Origin: Anaerolineales bacterium
Lineage (GTDB): Bacteria; Chloroflexota; Anaerolineae; Anaerolineales; UBA11579
DNA: 64,000 nucleotides
Reading direction: 5' to 3'
NCBI GenBank assembly: GCA_963662985.1
Contig: OY760067.1
Span: forward strand, 1,502,100 to 1,566,099
Of the stretch, positions 9,983 to 18,954 are shown piece by piece; the first letter of the stretch is position 1; each line of letters begins with the position of its first letter. The notes below the pieces were generated by a model that was not told the DNA's origin, searched no databases, and saw only the letters and a list, made by a program, of their open reading frames with translations. The position numbers and the translations under genes are program-made.

Positions 9983-12970
9983 TTAGAATCCTTCGACCTT
10001 AGAAAGGTCTGCAATCCCATCAAGCATACTTGCAATTTCTTGCAACAAACCAAGTCTTGCTTCTTTGAGCTTTTCATCCTCAGCCATCACCAAAACTTGA
10101 TCAAAGAAGGAGTTAATCGGATCAATCAACGGCGCAAAAGCCTCAACAAACCCTTCTACAGAATTAATCTCAGATGCAATTGCTTTTTGAGTTTGCTCAA
10201 AAAGGTCTTTTTCAACTTGTTCAACCAAAGCGGATTTATCAGCAGCAAAGGTTTTTTCTTGTGAACGGGTAATTCGTACACATCGTGCATAAGCCGGCAA
10301 CAAAGCATCCCAATTATCTTGTGCCATTGCATTGCTCAACGCAATCACCGTTCGCTTCACACCTGCCGGGTTGTTATGTTGTGCAGCAAGCACTGCATCC
10401 ACCACATCATGACGATACCCTTCATCTAACAAAATCACTCGCAAGCGAGCCATAATAAATTCTTCACAAGCCTTGAAATCTTCATCTGAAAGCGTCAACG
10501 GCAATTGTTCAGCGGCAACTTTCAAAGCAGCAGACAAATCAAAATCCACATCCCAATCGGTCAAACTTTCCACAATACCCAAAGCAGCTCTTCGTTGTGC
10601 AAACGGATCTTTGTTCCCAGTCGGTGCCAAACCTGCCGCAAACAAACCAGCCAATGAATCCAACTTATCAGCAATCCCAATCGCCAAACCAGCTTTGCTT
10701 CTCGGAGCGCTAGAATAATGATCTTGAATTGCAATCGCCACATCCTCATCTTCACCAGATGCCAACGCATAATCGCGTCCCATCACACCTTGTAAAGAAG
10801 TCATTTCCACCACCATCTTAGTTGCCAAATCTGCCTTACACAAAGTTGCGGCTCTTTTTGCTGTTTTGATTTCTTTATCATTCAAATCTAATTGTGTAGC
10901 TAAATGATCTAATTGAGCTTCAATTCGCTTAGTTTTATCCAACATAGAACCCAAGTCTTTTTGGAACGTCAAAGACTCCAACGCCGGCACATATGCACTT
11001 AATGGTTTGCGCAAATCTTCATTCACAAAGAAAGCTGCATCCGCAAAGCGAGCACGCACCACAGATTCATTACCTTCACGTACTAAATCAAAATTATCAA
11101 TCTTTCCATTTGCAACCGTCACAAAATAAGGCAACAATTTGCCATCTTTTTCAACAGGAAAATAGCGTTGGTGTTTGCGCATCACAGAAATTAATGCTTC
11201 TTTCGGTAAAGCTAAGTGTTCTTCATCAAAAGAACCCAAAATAGCAGTCGGTGCTTCCACCAAATTTGAAACTTCATCTAACAATGCCGGATCATCAAGC
11301 ACTTCCCCATTCACTTCTTTTGCAATTTCTTTGACTTGTTTCGCAATCACAGCTTTTCGTTCAGCGGGGTCCAAAATAATTGTTTCATTCTTAAGTGCCT
11401 TGAAATAATCATCAGCATCTTTCAAACTAAATTGAGCAGGTTCACTAAATCGCAACCCACGAGTAACCTTTTCAGCTTCATATCCAGCATATTCAAATGG
11501 CACAAGCGCTTCGCCAAACATGGCCATCAACCAACGAATCGGTCGAGAAAAACCAACATTGCTTTCGTTCCAACGCATATTCTTTGGGAAGTTAAGTGCT
11601 TTAATCCATTGAGGAATTGCTTCAGAAAGCACTTCAACTGCAGATTTGCCATCTTCCTTAATCAAAGCCGCCACATATTCACCACCATCGATTTCACGTT
11701 TTTCAAGTGCACTGACATCCACACCTTTTCCGCGTGCAAAACCAATTGCAGCTTTTGTAGGAGCACCATTTTCATCAAATGCACGATTTGCAGGAGGTCC
11801 CTTCACCCATTCTTCTCGATTAGGTTGGCTAGCAGCAAGATCTTCCACCAAAACAACCAAACGTCTTGGCGTGCCCATCACAGAAATTTTTCCATAAGAC
11901 AGGCGTAACTCATCCAAATAACTAGGCATGGCAGCTTCAAGTTGTTCTAAAGCGTAAGAAAGATCAGAAGCAGGCAATTCTTCGGTCCCAATCTCAAAAA
12001 TGAAAGGCGCTGGCGCACTTGGCTTTTTTCCACTGCTTCCATCCGCTTGATAATCATTGGTTGAATCTTTCAAAGTACTTTTGGCTCTTTCACCTTGCAA
12101 CCATGGGAAAGATTGTTCTTCGCGTAATTCTAAGAACAATTTAGAAATATCCATTGCATATTGGCGCATTCCTTTAAAATAATATTGACGTTCAGTCACC
12201 CCAACCGCCCCACGCGTATCAAGGATATTAAAAGTATGCGACAACTTAATTAAGTAATCATAAGCCGGCAACACGAGCCGTGCAGCCAGCGCATCTTTAA
12301 GCTCTTGTTCAAACAAACGATAAATTTCAAGTTGACGATCAATGTCCGCCACTTCAAAATAATATTTACTATGTTCTTGTTCCCCTTGCATGTTCACATC
12401 ACCAAAAGTGCGGTCTTGGTTCCATTGAATGTTGGCAAACCCTTTTGCTTTTTGCAAAGGAGCGGCAATTCGATCTAATCCATAAGTAATTTCCACAGCC
12501 ACAGGATCTAAGTTCAAACCACCAGATTGTTGGAAGTAAGTGAATTGTGTAATTTCAAGTCCATCCATCCAAACTTCCCAACCAAGTCCCCACGCCCCAA
12601 TTGCTGGTGAATTCCAGTTATCTTCCACAAAACGAATATCATGTTCTTTAGGATTAATCCCAATTGCTTCCAAAGATTTCAAATAAAGTTCTTGTGGATT
12701 CCCGGGATCTGGTTTCAAAATCACTTGATATTGATAAAACATTTGCAACCGATTCGGATTTTCCCCATAACGACCATCATCAGGGCGAACAGAAGGTTCA
12801 ACATAAGCCACGTTCCAAGGTTCAGGACCCAACACGCGTAAAAATGTTGCCGGATTCATCGTCCCAGCACCCACTTGTGAATAATAAGGTTGCCAAACTA
12901 AACAGCCTTGTTCCGCCCAAAAAGATTCAAGCGCTTTAATCATTGATTGAAAATCATGAGGTTTATCCAT
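9983..12970 (-). CDS. glyQS: Glycine--tRNA ligase, alpha and beta subunits fused in one 995-aa polypeptide
   Basis: The N-terminal ~290 aa is GlyQ-like ([46 protein letters not shown]). A Ser/Pro-rich linker follows, then a GlyS-like region ([12 protein letters not shown]...). Confidence 0.9.
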   Translation of the reverse strand: MDKPHDFQSMIKALESFWAEQGCLVWQPYYSQVGAGTMNPATFLRVLGPEPWNVAYVEPSVRPDDGRYGENPNRLQMFYQYQVILKPDPGNPQELYLKSLEAIGINPKEHDIRFVEDNWNSPAIGAWGLGWEVWMDGLEITQFTYFQQSGGLNLDPVAVEITYGLDRIAAPLQKAKGFANIQWNQDRTFGDVNMQGEQEHSKYYFEVADIDRQLEIYRLFEQELKDALAARLVLPAYDYLIKLSHTFNILDTRGAVGVTERQYYFKGMRQYAMDISKLFLELREEQSFPWLQGERAKSTLKDSTNDYQADGSSGKKPSAPAPFIFEIGTEELPASDLSYALEQLEAAMPSYLDELRLSYGKISVMGTPRRLVVLVEDLAASQPNREEWVKGPPANRAFDENGAPTKAAIGFARGKGVDVSALEKREIDGGEYVAALIKEDGKSAVEVLSEAIPQWIKALNFPKNMRWNESNVGFSRPIRWLMAMFGEALVPFEYAGYEAEKVTRGLRFSEPAQFSLKDADDYFKALKNETIILDPAERKAVIAKQVKEIAKEVNGEVLDDPALLDEVSNLVEAPTAILGSFDEEHLALPKEALISVMRKHQRYFPVEKDGKLLPYFVTVANGKIDNFDLVREGNESVVRARFADAAFFVNEDLRKPLSAYVPALESLTFQKDLGSMLDKTKRIEAQLDHLATQLDLNDKEIKTAKRAATLCKADLATKMVVEMTSLQGVMGRDYALASGEDEDVAIAIQDHYSSAPRSKAGLAIGIADKLDSLAGLFAAGLAPTGNKDPFAQRRAALGIVESLTDWDVDFDLSAALKVAAEQLPLTLSDEDFKACEEFIMARLRVILLDEGYRHDVVDAVLAAQHNNPAGVKRTVIALSNAMAQDNWDALLPAYARCVRITRSQEKTFAADKSALVEQVEKDLFEQTQKAIASEINSVEGFVEAFAPLIDPINSFFDQVLVMAEDEKLKEARLGLLQEIASMLDGIADLSKVEGF

Positions 12971-13215
12971 ATCTACCTGCCTAACAAAAATTAAAATAAA
13001 TTTCGTGACTTATTATAACAATGAAACGCAAAATCGAAAGGGCGCTTCATTTTATCTACGCCAGCACCATCAAACTTCACAAAAAAAATGCCCTGAATAT
13101 GATATAATAACAGAACGTATGAGCTAATATTTGAACCTTAATAACTTTTGAAATGCAAACAGCCGCATCTTCCTCACACCGCTCGTTTCTTTCATTTTAA
13201 AAAGAACAAAAAAAC

Positions 13216-13581
13216 TGTCCAAAAACACTGTTCTGTCTTGATCTGCAGGAATAAAAACCATCCTTGGCATGTTGTGGCATTGCAAAAACATGAAAAATCA
13301 TGTCAAAAACACACTCGTTTTTTTTCAAAACCATCCATCAAAATTTTTGAGAAAACATCAACTAACCTCAAAATAGTAAATAATTGGACACTTTTATCCC
13401 AAATTGTCTAAAAATCATCCTCTTTTTGAAAAAAACACCATATATCCACCACAATCAACATTCCTCCCCTGCATATACCAAAAAATTAACCCACCCAAAA
13501 TTGGACACCTGTCCAAAAGTGTCAAAAAAGTGTCCAATTTTTGCTTTACACCTGTCCAATTCTGTCCAATTAAGTTGGACA
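13216..13581. repeat. Cluster of 8 exact TTGGACA/TGTCCAA heptamers, including inverted pairs
   Basis: TGTCCAA at 13216, 13510, 13531, 13553 and 13563. TTGGACA at 13384, 13501 and 13575. One inverted pair is TTGGACA-CC-TGTCCAA (13501-13516). Another is TGTCCAA-TTAAG-TTGGACA (13563-13581). The cluster lies in a 764-bp gene-free region upstream of the GH1 gene. Confidence 0.7.
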
Positions 13582-13734
13582 CATATCTTGCACATAGCGA
13601 AACCACTCAAACGAACTGACCTCTTAATCAATAAACAAGATTTAGGGTGTTAATTTTGGATTATAAATATTCTCATCCATTCACTTCAATCGCTTAATGG
13701 TAAAATTTGTGAAAATACTCGCAAGGATTTAAAA

Positions 13735-15093
13735 ATGAACAATACAAAACAATTTCCTAAAGATTTTTTCTTTGGGGCAGCTTCAGCTAGTTATCAAGTT
13801 GAAGGGGCAGCCTTTGAAGACGGACGAGGGCTTTCCATCTGGGATACTTTTACTGAGCAACCAGAAAAAATCAAATATGGTCACACCGGCGCAATCGCAT
13901 GTGACCATTATCATCGATATAAAGAAGATGTAGCGTTAATGAAACAGGTGGGCTTAGAAGCCTATCGTTTCTCAATCTCTTGGACAAGAGTTTTACCAAA
14001 TGGTGTTGGATCGATCAATCCAAAAGGCATTGCTTTTTATGACAAATTGGTGGATGAATTACTCGAAGCAAACATCACCCCCTGGGCAACCTTATATCAC
14101 TGGGACTTTCCATATGCTTTATATAACCGTGGTGGCTGGCTCAACCGAGACAGTAGTGATTGGTTTGCAGAATACACCAAAGTAGTTGTAGAAGCATTAT
14201 CTGATCGTGTTCAAAATTGGTTCACGCATAATGAGCCCCAAGTAGTAACCTTTTTAGGTCATATAAATGGAGAACATGCCCCCGGAGTGATGTTAGGCAA
14301 ACGTGATGAGCTCAATCTCATTCATAATATCTTGTTATCGCATGGCAAGTCTGTGCAAGCCATCCGAACCTACGCAAAAACAGAACCCAAAGTTGGCTTC
14401 GCCCCAGTGAACGTCAGCGCAATGCCGGCCACAAATTCACCAGAAGATATTCAAGCAGCCAAAAACTATGTCTTCCAAACAGGAGAAAGCCAAGCTTGGA
14501 GCACAACATGGTGGAGTGATCCTGCGTTTTTTGGTGAATATCCACAAGAAGCATTCCAAGCAGTCGAGCATCTTATGCCAGAAATCAAACCGGATGATAT
14601 GAAAACAATTCAGCAACCACTTGACTTTTACGGTATGAATTTATACTCTGGTGCAATCATCTCTGCGGATCCTGAAAAATCTTTTGGGCAAAATGAAAAA
14701 CAATTAGGGGATCCTGAAACGCATCTTGAATGGACTGTTCGTCCAGAAGTTCTCTATTGGCAATCCAAATTTATCTATGAAAGATATCAATCACCAATTG
14801 TAGTCACCGAAAATGGTCTTGCATCAACAGATTGGATCGCCGTAGATGGTGGAGTGCATGATCCTGCAAGAATTGACTACACTTCAAGATATCTAAAAGC
14901 GTATCAAAGCGCAATAGAAGAGGGAGTAGAAGCACTCGGTTATTTCCATTGGACCATTATGGATAATTTTGAATGGGCAGAAGGTTATACCAAACGATTT
15001 GGGTTAATTCATGTAGACTTCGAAACGCAAAAACGCACCCTCAAAGATAGTGCTTATTGGTATCAAAATCTAATAAAATCAAGACAGTTATAA
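13735..15093 (+). CDS. Glycoside hydrolase family 1 beta-glucosidase
   Basis: 452 aa. FPKDFFFGAASASYQVEGA, the acid/base motif FTHNEPQV and the nucleophile motif VVTENGLA. Confidence 0.9.
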   Translation: MNNTKQFPKDFFFGAASASYQVEGAAFEDGRGLSIWDTFTEQPEKIKYGHTGAIACDHYHRYKEDVALMKQVGLEAYRFSISWTRVLPNGVGSINPKGIAFYDKLVDELLEANITPWATLYHWDFPYALYNRGGWLNRDSSDWFAEYTKVVVEALSDRVQNWFTHNEPQVVTFLGHINGEHAPGVMLGKRDELNLIHNILLSHGKSVQAIRTYAKTEPKVGFAPVNVSAMPATNSPEDIQAAKNYVFQTGESQAWSTTWWSDPAFFGEYPQEAFQAVEHLMPEIKPDDMKTIQQPLDFYGMNLYSGAIISADPEKSFGQNEKQLGDPETHLEWTVRPEVLYWQSKFIYERYQSPIVVTENGLASTDWIAVDGGVHDPARIDYTSRYLKAYQSAIEEGVEALGYFHWTIMDNFEWAEGYTKRFGLIHVDFETQKRTLKDSAYWYQNLIKSRQL

Positions 15094-15101
15094 CAAAAAA
15101 A

Positions 15102-15127
15102 ATAAGGAGATTATCTCCTTATTTTTT
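15102..15127. terminator. Bidirectional intrinsic terminator between convergent genes
   Basis: ATAAGGAGA (15102-15110), loop tta, TCTCCTTAT (15114-15122). An A-run lies on one side and a T-run on the other. Confidence 0.75.
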
Positions 15128-15132
15128 ATTCT

Positions 15133-16122
15133 TTATTTGACTATTCCATTCTGCCGATAATTTTTGATTTCATTACGATAAGAATCGATAATCAAAGAAT
15201 TATGTTGAGATTCCTCGCCAAACCGAGCACGTTGTTGTTTTTTAAACGCCATTTCAACACAAGCAGTATAAAATCTGCGTGTAGCTTTTTTACTCCCTGA
15301 AGGAGCACTCAAAAAAGCCATATTTCGTTTACGCGGAGAACATGCAATTGCTGCTTGTTGAAGGGTCAATAATCCACTTTGAACCTCTTCATTTAATTGA
15401 TTTCGAATCCATTTCTTTTCATTGAAGGAGGATACAATCAGAAGCACCAACATAAACACCCAACCGAACCAATCAACAGTCAACATGCGATTTACACTAT
15501 TTTGATCTTGAATCATCGAAGCTAAAAAGTTATGAGAGAAATGTGCCCCAATAGCAATCCCAAACCCAATGATTGGTGCAATAATTTTTATTCCCGTATT
15601 TTTGCTCATTCTGGAAACTGCCAATCCGATCCCAGTGAAAGCCGTATAAACAGCATGGTTCCACCCGCCAAGAATCACTCGAATATAGAATAAGGAGAAT
15701 AATCCCTCCCAACCAGAATTTGAAAATTCATTTGAAAGATAGAGCACATTTTCAGTTGCAGCAAAACCAAGAGCAACAATCCCGGCATAAACAATCCCAT
15801 CTGTTAAATTATCAAATTCAGATCGAACGAACAAAAAAATGATCAAAACAGCCAAGCCCTTAACCGATTCTTCCACCAAAGGAGCCGAGATAATACTAGT
15901 TAAAAAGTCAGCAATTTCTTCTTCTTCTGTTAGCATAAAAATGCCAACACCAAAAATTGAATTTGCAATCATCGCCACAAAAGTAGCCACAATCGCACCC
16001 CAAAAAAAAGCACCCAAAATTAATTTTTTAGGTTCTTTTTCATGGCGATCCATCCAATATAAAATACCTGAATAAATTAACGCAAACAAAAAACTTAAGA
16101 TAAACGCAATAAATGTTGGCAT
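15133..16122 (-). CDS. prsW: PrsW-family intramembrane metalloprotease
   Basis: 329 aa polytopic protein with the PrsW signatures VEESVKG and GAHFSHNF. Confidence 0.8.
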   Translation of the reverse strand: MPTFIAFILSFLFALIYSGILYWMDRHEKEPKKLILGAFFWGAIVATFVAMIANSIFGVGIFMLTEEEEIADFLTSIISAPLVEESVKGLAVLIIFLFVRSEFDNLTDGIVYAGIVALGFAATENVLYLSNEFSNSGWEGLFSLFYIRVILGGWNHAVYTAFTGIGLAVSRMSKNTGIKIIAPIIGFGIAIGAHFSHNFLASMIQDQNSVNRMLTVDWFGWVFMLVLLIVSSFNEKKWIRNQLNEEVQSGLLTLQQAAIACSPRKRNMAFLSAPSGSKKATRRFYTACVEMAFKKQQRARFGEESQHNSLIIDSYRNEIKNYRQNGIVK

Positions 16123-16148
16123 AAGGTCTCCCCAAATATTAGTTAGAT

Positions 16149-16790
16149 TTATAAGACAATTTTTTCTCGATGAAAATTATAGGCATTAATAGCATATCCC
16201 ATCATAAGCATCACATCATCTGGTCGTCCCGTAGAACTTGGTAAAGCAGATAATTGCATCGTTAAGGAAATGCCATCTTTAACAACGCTCATTTCCTCAA
16301 CAAGAGAACGGATATTTATTTTCTTCAATTTTCCTTTTCTCTTTTTTTCCATCAACACTTCTTCAGAATCCATAAACGTTTGGATTTTCTCTTTCAAAGA
16401 TGGATCCTCATTTTTTAAAGTTATCGTAAAAATTGCACTTTCAACGATATTTTGTGGTTTTGGCTCTTGGATAGAAATGGGTTCAAGTGCCAAAAATGTC
16501 ATCCCAGGAGGAAGAGCTTTTTTTAACTGTTTTTCAACTTCATCAATTTCTAAAGGTTCATCAAGCCAAAAATCAACAATTTCATCAGCACTAGTACACC
16601 CAAGAGGTAAGGCTAAAGCTAAAGTGATTTTTGCATGAGGATTAAAACCTTGAGAGTAAGCTAAAGGGATATTGGATCTACGAAATGTGCGTTCTAATGT
16701 GCGATGCAAATCCAAATGTCCAGTATATTTCATCATTTCATTTTTTTCAAAATGAAAGCGGTATCGTGTTAATTGCTCGTTAGTGGACAT
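16149..16790 (-). CDS. TIGR03936/DUF2344 radical-SAM-linked protein
   Basis: RYRFHFEKNEMMKYTGHLDLHRTLERTFRRSNIPLAYSQGFNPHAKI is the typical DUF2344 N-terminus. I chose the start at MSTNEQ (16790) to avoid overlapping the upstream stop. The track ORF extends to 16826. Confidence 0.75.
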   Translation of the reverse strand: MSTNEQLTRYRFHFEKNEMMKYTGHLDLHRTLERTFRRSNIPLAYSQGFNPHAKITLALALPLGCTSADEIVDFWLDEPLEIDEVEKQLKKALPPGMTFLALEPISIQEPKPQNIVESAIFTITLKNEDPSLKEKIQTFMDSEEVLMEKKRKGKLKKINIRSLVEEMSVVKDGISLTMQLSALPSSTGRPDDVMLMMGYAINAYNFHREKIVL

Positions 16791-16798
16791 ATTTCTCT

Positions 16799-18670
16799 TT
16801 ACCCTTTCACCGGCGGACATTTCCAAGCATCATCAGCCGTATTCATTCGGAGATCACTGAAGAATGGCAAAATCCCACAGGCGTAACATTGATTACGACA
16901 ATCATCTCGAGTTTCAAGGCGTTTACTCATTTGATAATCTTCTAACAAATAGTTTTTTCTAATTGCAGGGCTAATATGATCCCAAGCAAAGATTTCATCT
17001 TCACTTCGCACACGTTGGCTATAAAAAGCCATGTCCAATCCTGCTTCTTCAAAAGCTTTTTGCCAATTTTCAAAGTTGAAGAATTCGTTCCATGCGTCAA
17101 ATTTTGCACCATTTTTCCAAGCCAAATAAATTGCTTCTGAAACCCGTCGATCACCTCTAGATAAAGAAGCTTCCAGCATTGTTTCTTTGGGATCATTCCA
17201 ATTTAATTTCAAACCCCATCCACGCAATTCATCTCGCAAAATATCTTGTTTTTCTTTAATTTGCTCAGGAGTATTACAACCCACCCATTGGAACGTGGTC
17301 CATGGCTTAGGCACAAAAGTACTGACACCAACATTCACTTTTGCTTTTCTTCCAATTTGTTGATACCCAACTTCGCGAATTTTCATTGCCAGATCAACAA
17401 TACCTCTAACATCTTCTAATGTTTCTTCAGGGTGTCCAATCATAAAATAAAGTTTAATCGTATGCCAACCACGGCTAAAGATTTCCTTTGCTGTAGTCAA
17501 AATCATTTCTTCAGACATCGGTTTATTGATGATTTTTCGCATTCTTTCAGTGCCAGCTTCAGGAGCCAATGTGAAACCACTTCTTCGCGTAACACTCAAT
17601 GCATCCATCAAATCTACAGAAAATGATTCAATTCTCAATGAAGGCAAAGAAACAGAAAGGTTTTTACCTTCAAATTTTTCACCAATTTTATTCACAAGAT
17701 CTAAAACATAAGTGTAATCAGAGGAAGAAAGAGATAACAGCCCCACTTCTTCATACCCAGTTTTTTCAAGCCCTTCTTCAATAGTGGCTAGAATATCATC
17801 AACACTACGCTCTCGCACAGGTCGAGTAATAATTCCAGCATGGCAAAAACGACAGCCACGTGTACAACCACGCATGATTTCTACAGAAATGCGGTTATGG
17901 ACGGTATCAATATAAGGAACAATAAAATCTGACATTGGCTTTCCAAGTTCAGAAATAATTCTTTTTCGAACAGGCAAAGAAGCATTTTCGAATTTTTTAG
18001 TAACTTCTTTAATCGTTCCATCTGAATTATAGTGAACTTCGTACAGAGAAGGAACATAAACACCCCAAATTAATGAAAGATCTTCCAAAAGAACTTGGCG
18101 TGGTGCTTTCTTTTCTTTCCAAGCTTTATAACAATCAACGATATCATTGATTACCTCTTCACCTTCACCAATTACAAAAGCATCAATAAAAGGATGCATT
18201 GGTTCAGGATTCAATGTACTATGCCCACCTGCAATAATTAGAGGATGCTCTTCCGTTCGTTCTTTACTAAAAATAGGAATTTGAGCGAGATCCAACAAAT
18301 TCAAAGTATTGGTATAAAGAGTTTCATAAGGAACAGATAACCCGATAATATCAAAATCAGATAACGCTTTTTTAGATTCAAGAGAAAAAAGAGGGATAGA
18401 TTCTTCTCTTAAAATAGCTTCCATATCTTTCCAAGGAAGATAGGCTCGTTCTGCTAACGCATCATTTCTTTGATTAATGATATGGTATAGAATCGCTAGA
18501 CCATAATTTGACATACCTAAGTCATAAATATCAGGAAATGCAAAAGCTATTTTCACATCGATTGATTCCCAATTTTTCACTACTTGATTTAATTCTCCGC
18601 CTGTATATCTTCCTGGTTTTTGAACTAAAGGAAGAAAATTTTCAATTTTCGTTTGAATTGTGTTTTCCAT
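16799..18670 (-). CDS. TIGR03960-type B12-binding-domain radical SAM protein
   Basis: 623 aa. The radical-SAM cysteine motif is GCTRGCRFCHAG. It is the usual partner of the DUF2344 gene immediately downstream. Confidence 0.85.
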   Translation of the reverse strand: MENTIQTKIENFLPLVQKPGRYTGGELNQVVKNWESIDVKIAFAFPDIYDLGMSNYGLAILYHIINQRNDALAERAYLPWKDMEAILREESIPLFSLESKKALSDFDIIGLSVPYETLYTNTLNLLDLAQIPIFSKERTEEHPLIIAGGHSTLNPEPMHPFIDAFVIGEGEEVINDIVDCYKAWKEKKAPRQVLLEDLSLIWGVYVPSLYEVHYNSDGTIKEVTKKFENASLPVRKRIISELGKPMSDFIVPYIDTVHNRISVEIMRGCTRGCRFCHAGIITRPVRERSVDDILATIEEGLEKTGYEEVGLLSLSSSDYTYVLDLVNKIGEKFEGKNLSVSLPSLRIESFSVDLMDALSVTRRSGFTLAPEAGTERMRKIINKPMSEEMILTTAKEIFSRGWHTIKLYFMIGHPEETLEDVRGIVDLAMKIREVGYQQIGRKAKVNVGVSTFVPKPWTTFQWVGCNTPEQIKEKQDILRDELRGWGLKLNWNDPKETMLEASLSRGDRRVSEAIYLAWKNGAKFDAWNEFFNFENWQKAFEEAGLDMAFYSQRVRSEDEIFAWDHISPAIRKNYLLEDYQMSKRLETRDDCRNQCYACGILPFFSDLRMNTADDAWKCPPVKG

Positions 18671-18761
18671 TGTTTTACCTTATTCAAGATAATAGTTTAT
18701 AAATCTTTCATAATGTACCATAAATTGGATGAAACAGGGAGAAATTATAAATTTTCTAATT

Positions 18762-18787
18762 AAAGACAAAAGCCCCAAAATTGGAGC
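18762..18787 (-). terminator. Intrinsic terminator of the histidine kinase transcript
   Basis: The minus-strand RNA reads GCUCCAA-UU-UUGGGGC (7 bp including one G-U) followed by UUUUGUCUUU. On the plus strand the same position is a C-A mismatch, which supports minus-strand function. Confidence 0.6.
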
Positions 18788-18880
18788 TTTTATCATAAGA
18801 AGAGTTTGAGATTCGTTATTCAAATTATACAGTCTTTTTATTTCTCAAGAAGCCCCCTAACAAATCTGTAAGTTCAAGAA

Positions 18881-18919
18881 TGCACCAAAAATGCACCGTT
18901 TTTGCACCAAAAATGCACC
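18881..18919. repeat. Four TGCACC hexamers at an exact 11-bp period (a 22-bp unit repeated twice)
   Basis: TGCACC starts at 18881, 18892, 18903 and 18914. The hexamers are separated by alternating A5 and T4-5 tracts. Confidence 0.85.
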
Positions 18920-18954
18920 ATTTTTTTTTGAATAAAAATTACACTTGTATTGCA

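Noticed and set aside
12971-13100. A possible T-box riboswitch upstream of glyQS.
   Set aside because: The leader between the best -10 (TGTTATAAT) and the ATG is only about 40 nt. No specifier or T-box sequence or terminator/antiterminator pair is visible.
13148-13653. Four ORFs of 63-89 aa in the 764-bp gap upstream of the GH1 gene.
   Set aside because: They are K/H/N/T-rich, lack SD sequences and overlap one another. Their reading frames are largely generated by the TGTCCAA repeat itself. The region is better treated as non-coding.
12971-13734. A replication origin (oriC) in one of the two large non-coding regions (this one, and 47763-48582), suggested by the reversal of GC-skew polarity across the window.
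   Set aside because: I find no exact TTATCCACA/TGTGGATAA boxes, only matches with two mismatches such as ATATCCACC and TTATCCCAA. No dnaA or dnaN gene is adjacent. The skew polarity is still negative at 14-16 kb. This cannot be supported from the window alone.
18874-18921. A 15-codon minus-strand ORF (MVHFWCKNGAFLVHS) encoded by the TGCACC repeat array, considered as an alternative pheromone gene.
   Set aside because: No Shine-Dalgarno is present; it is preceded by a poly-A run. The sequence is simply the translation of a 22-bp DNA repeat.
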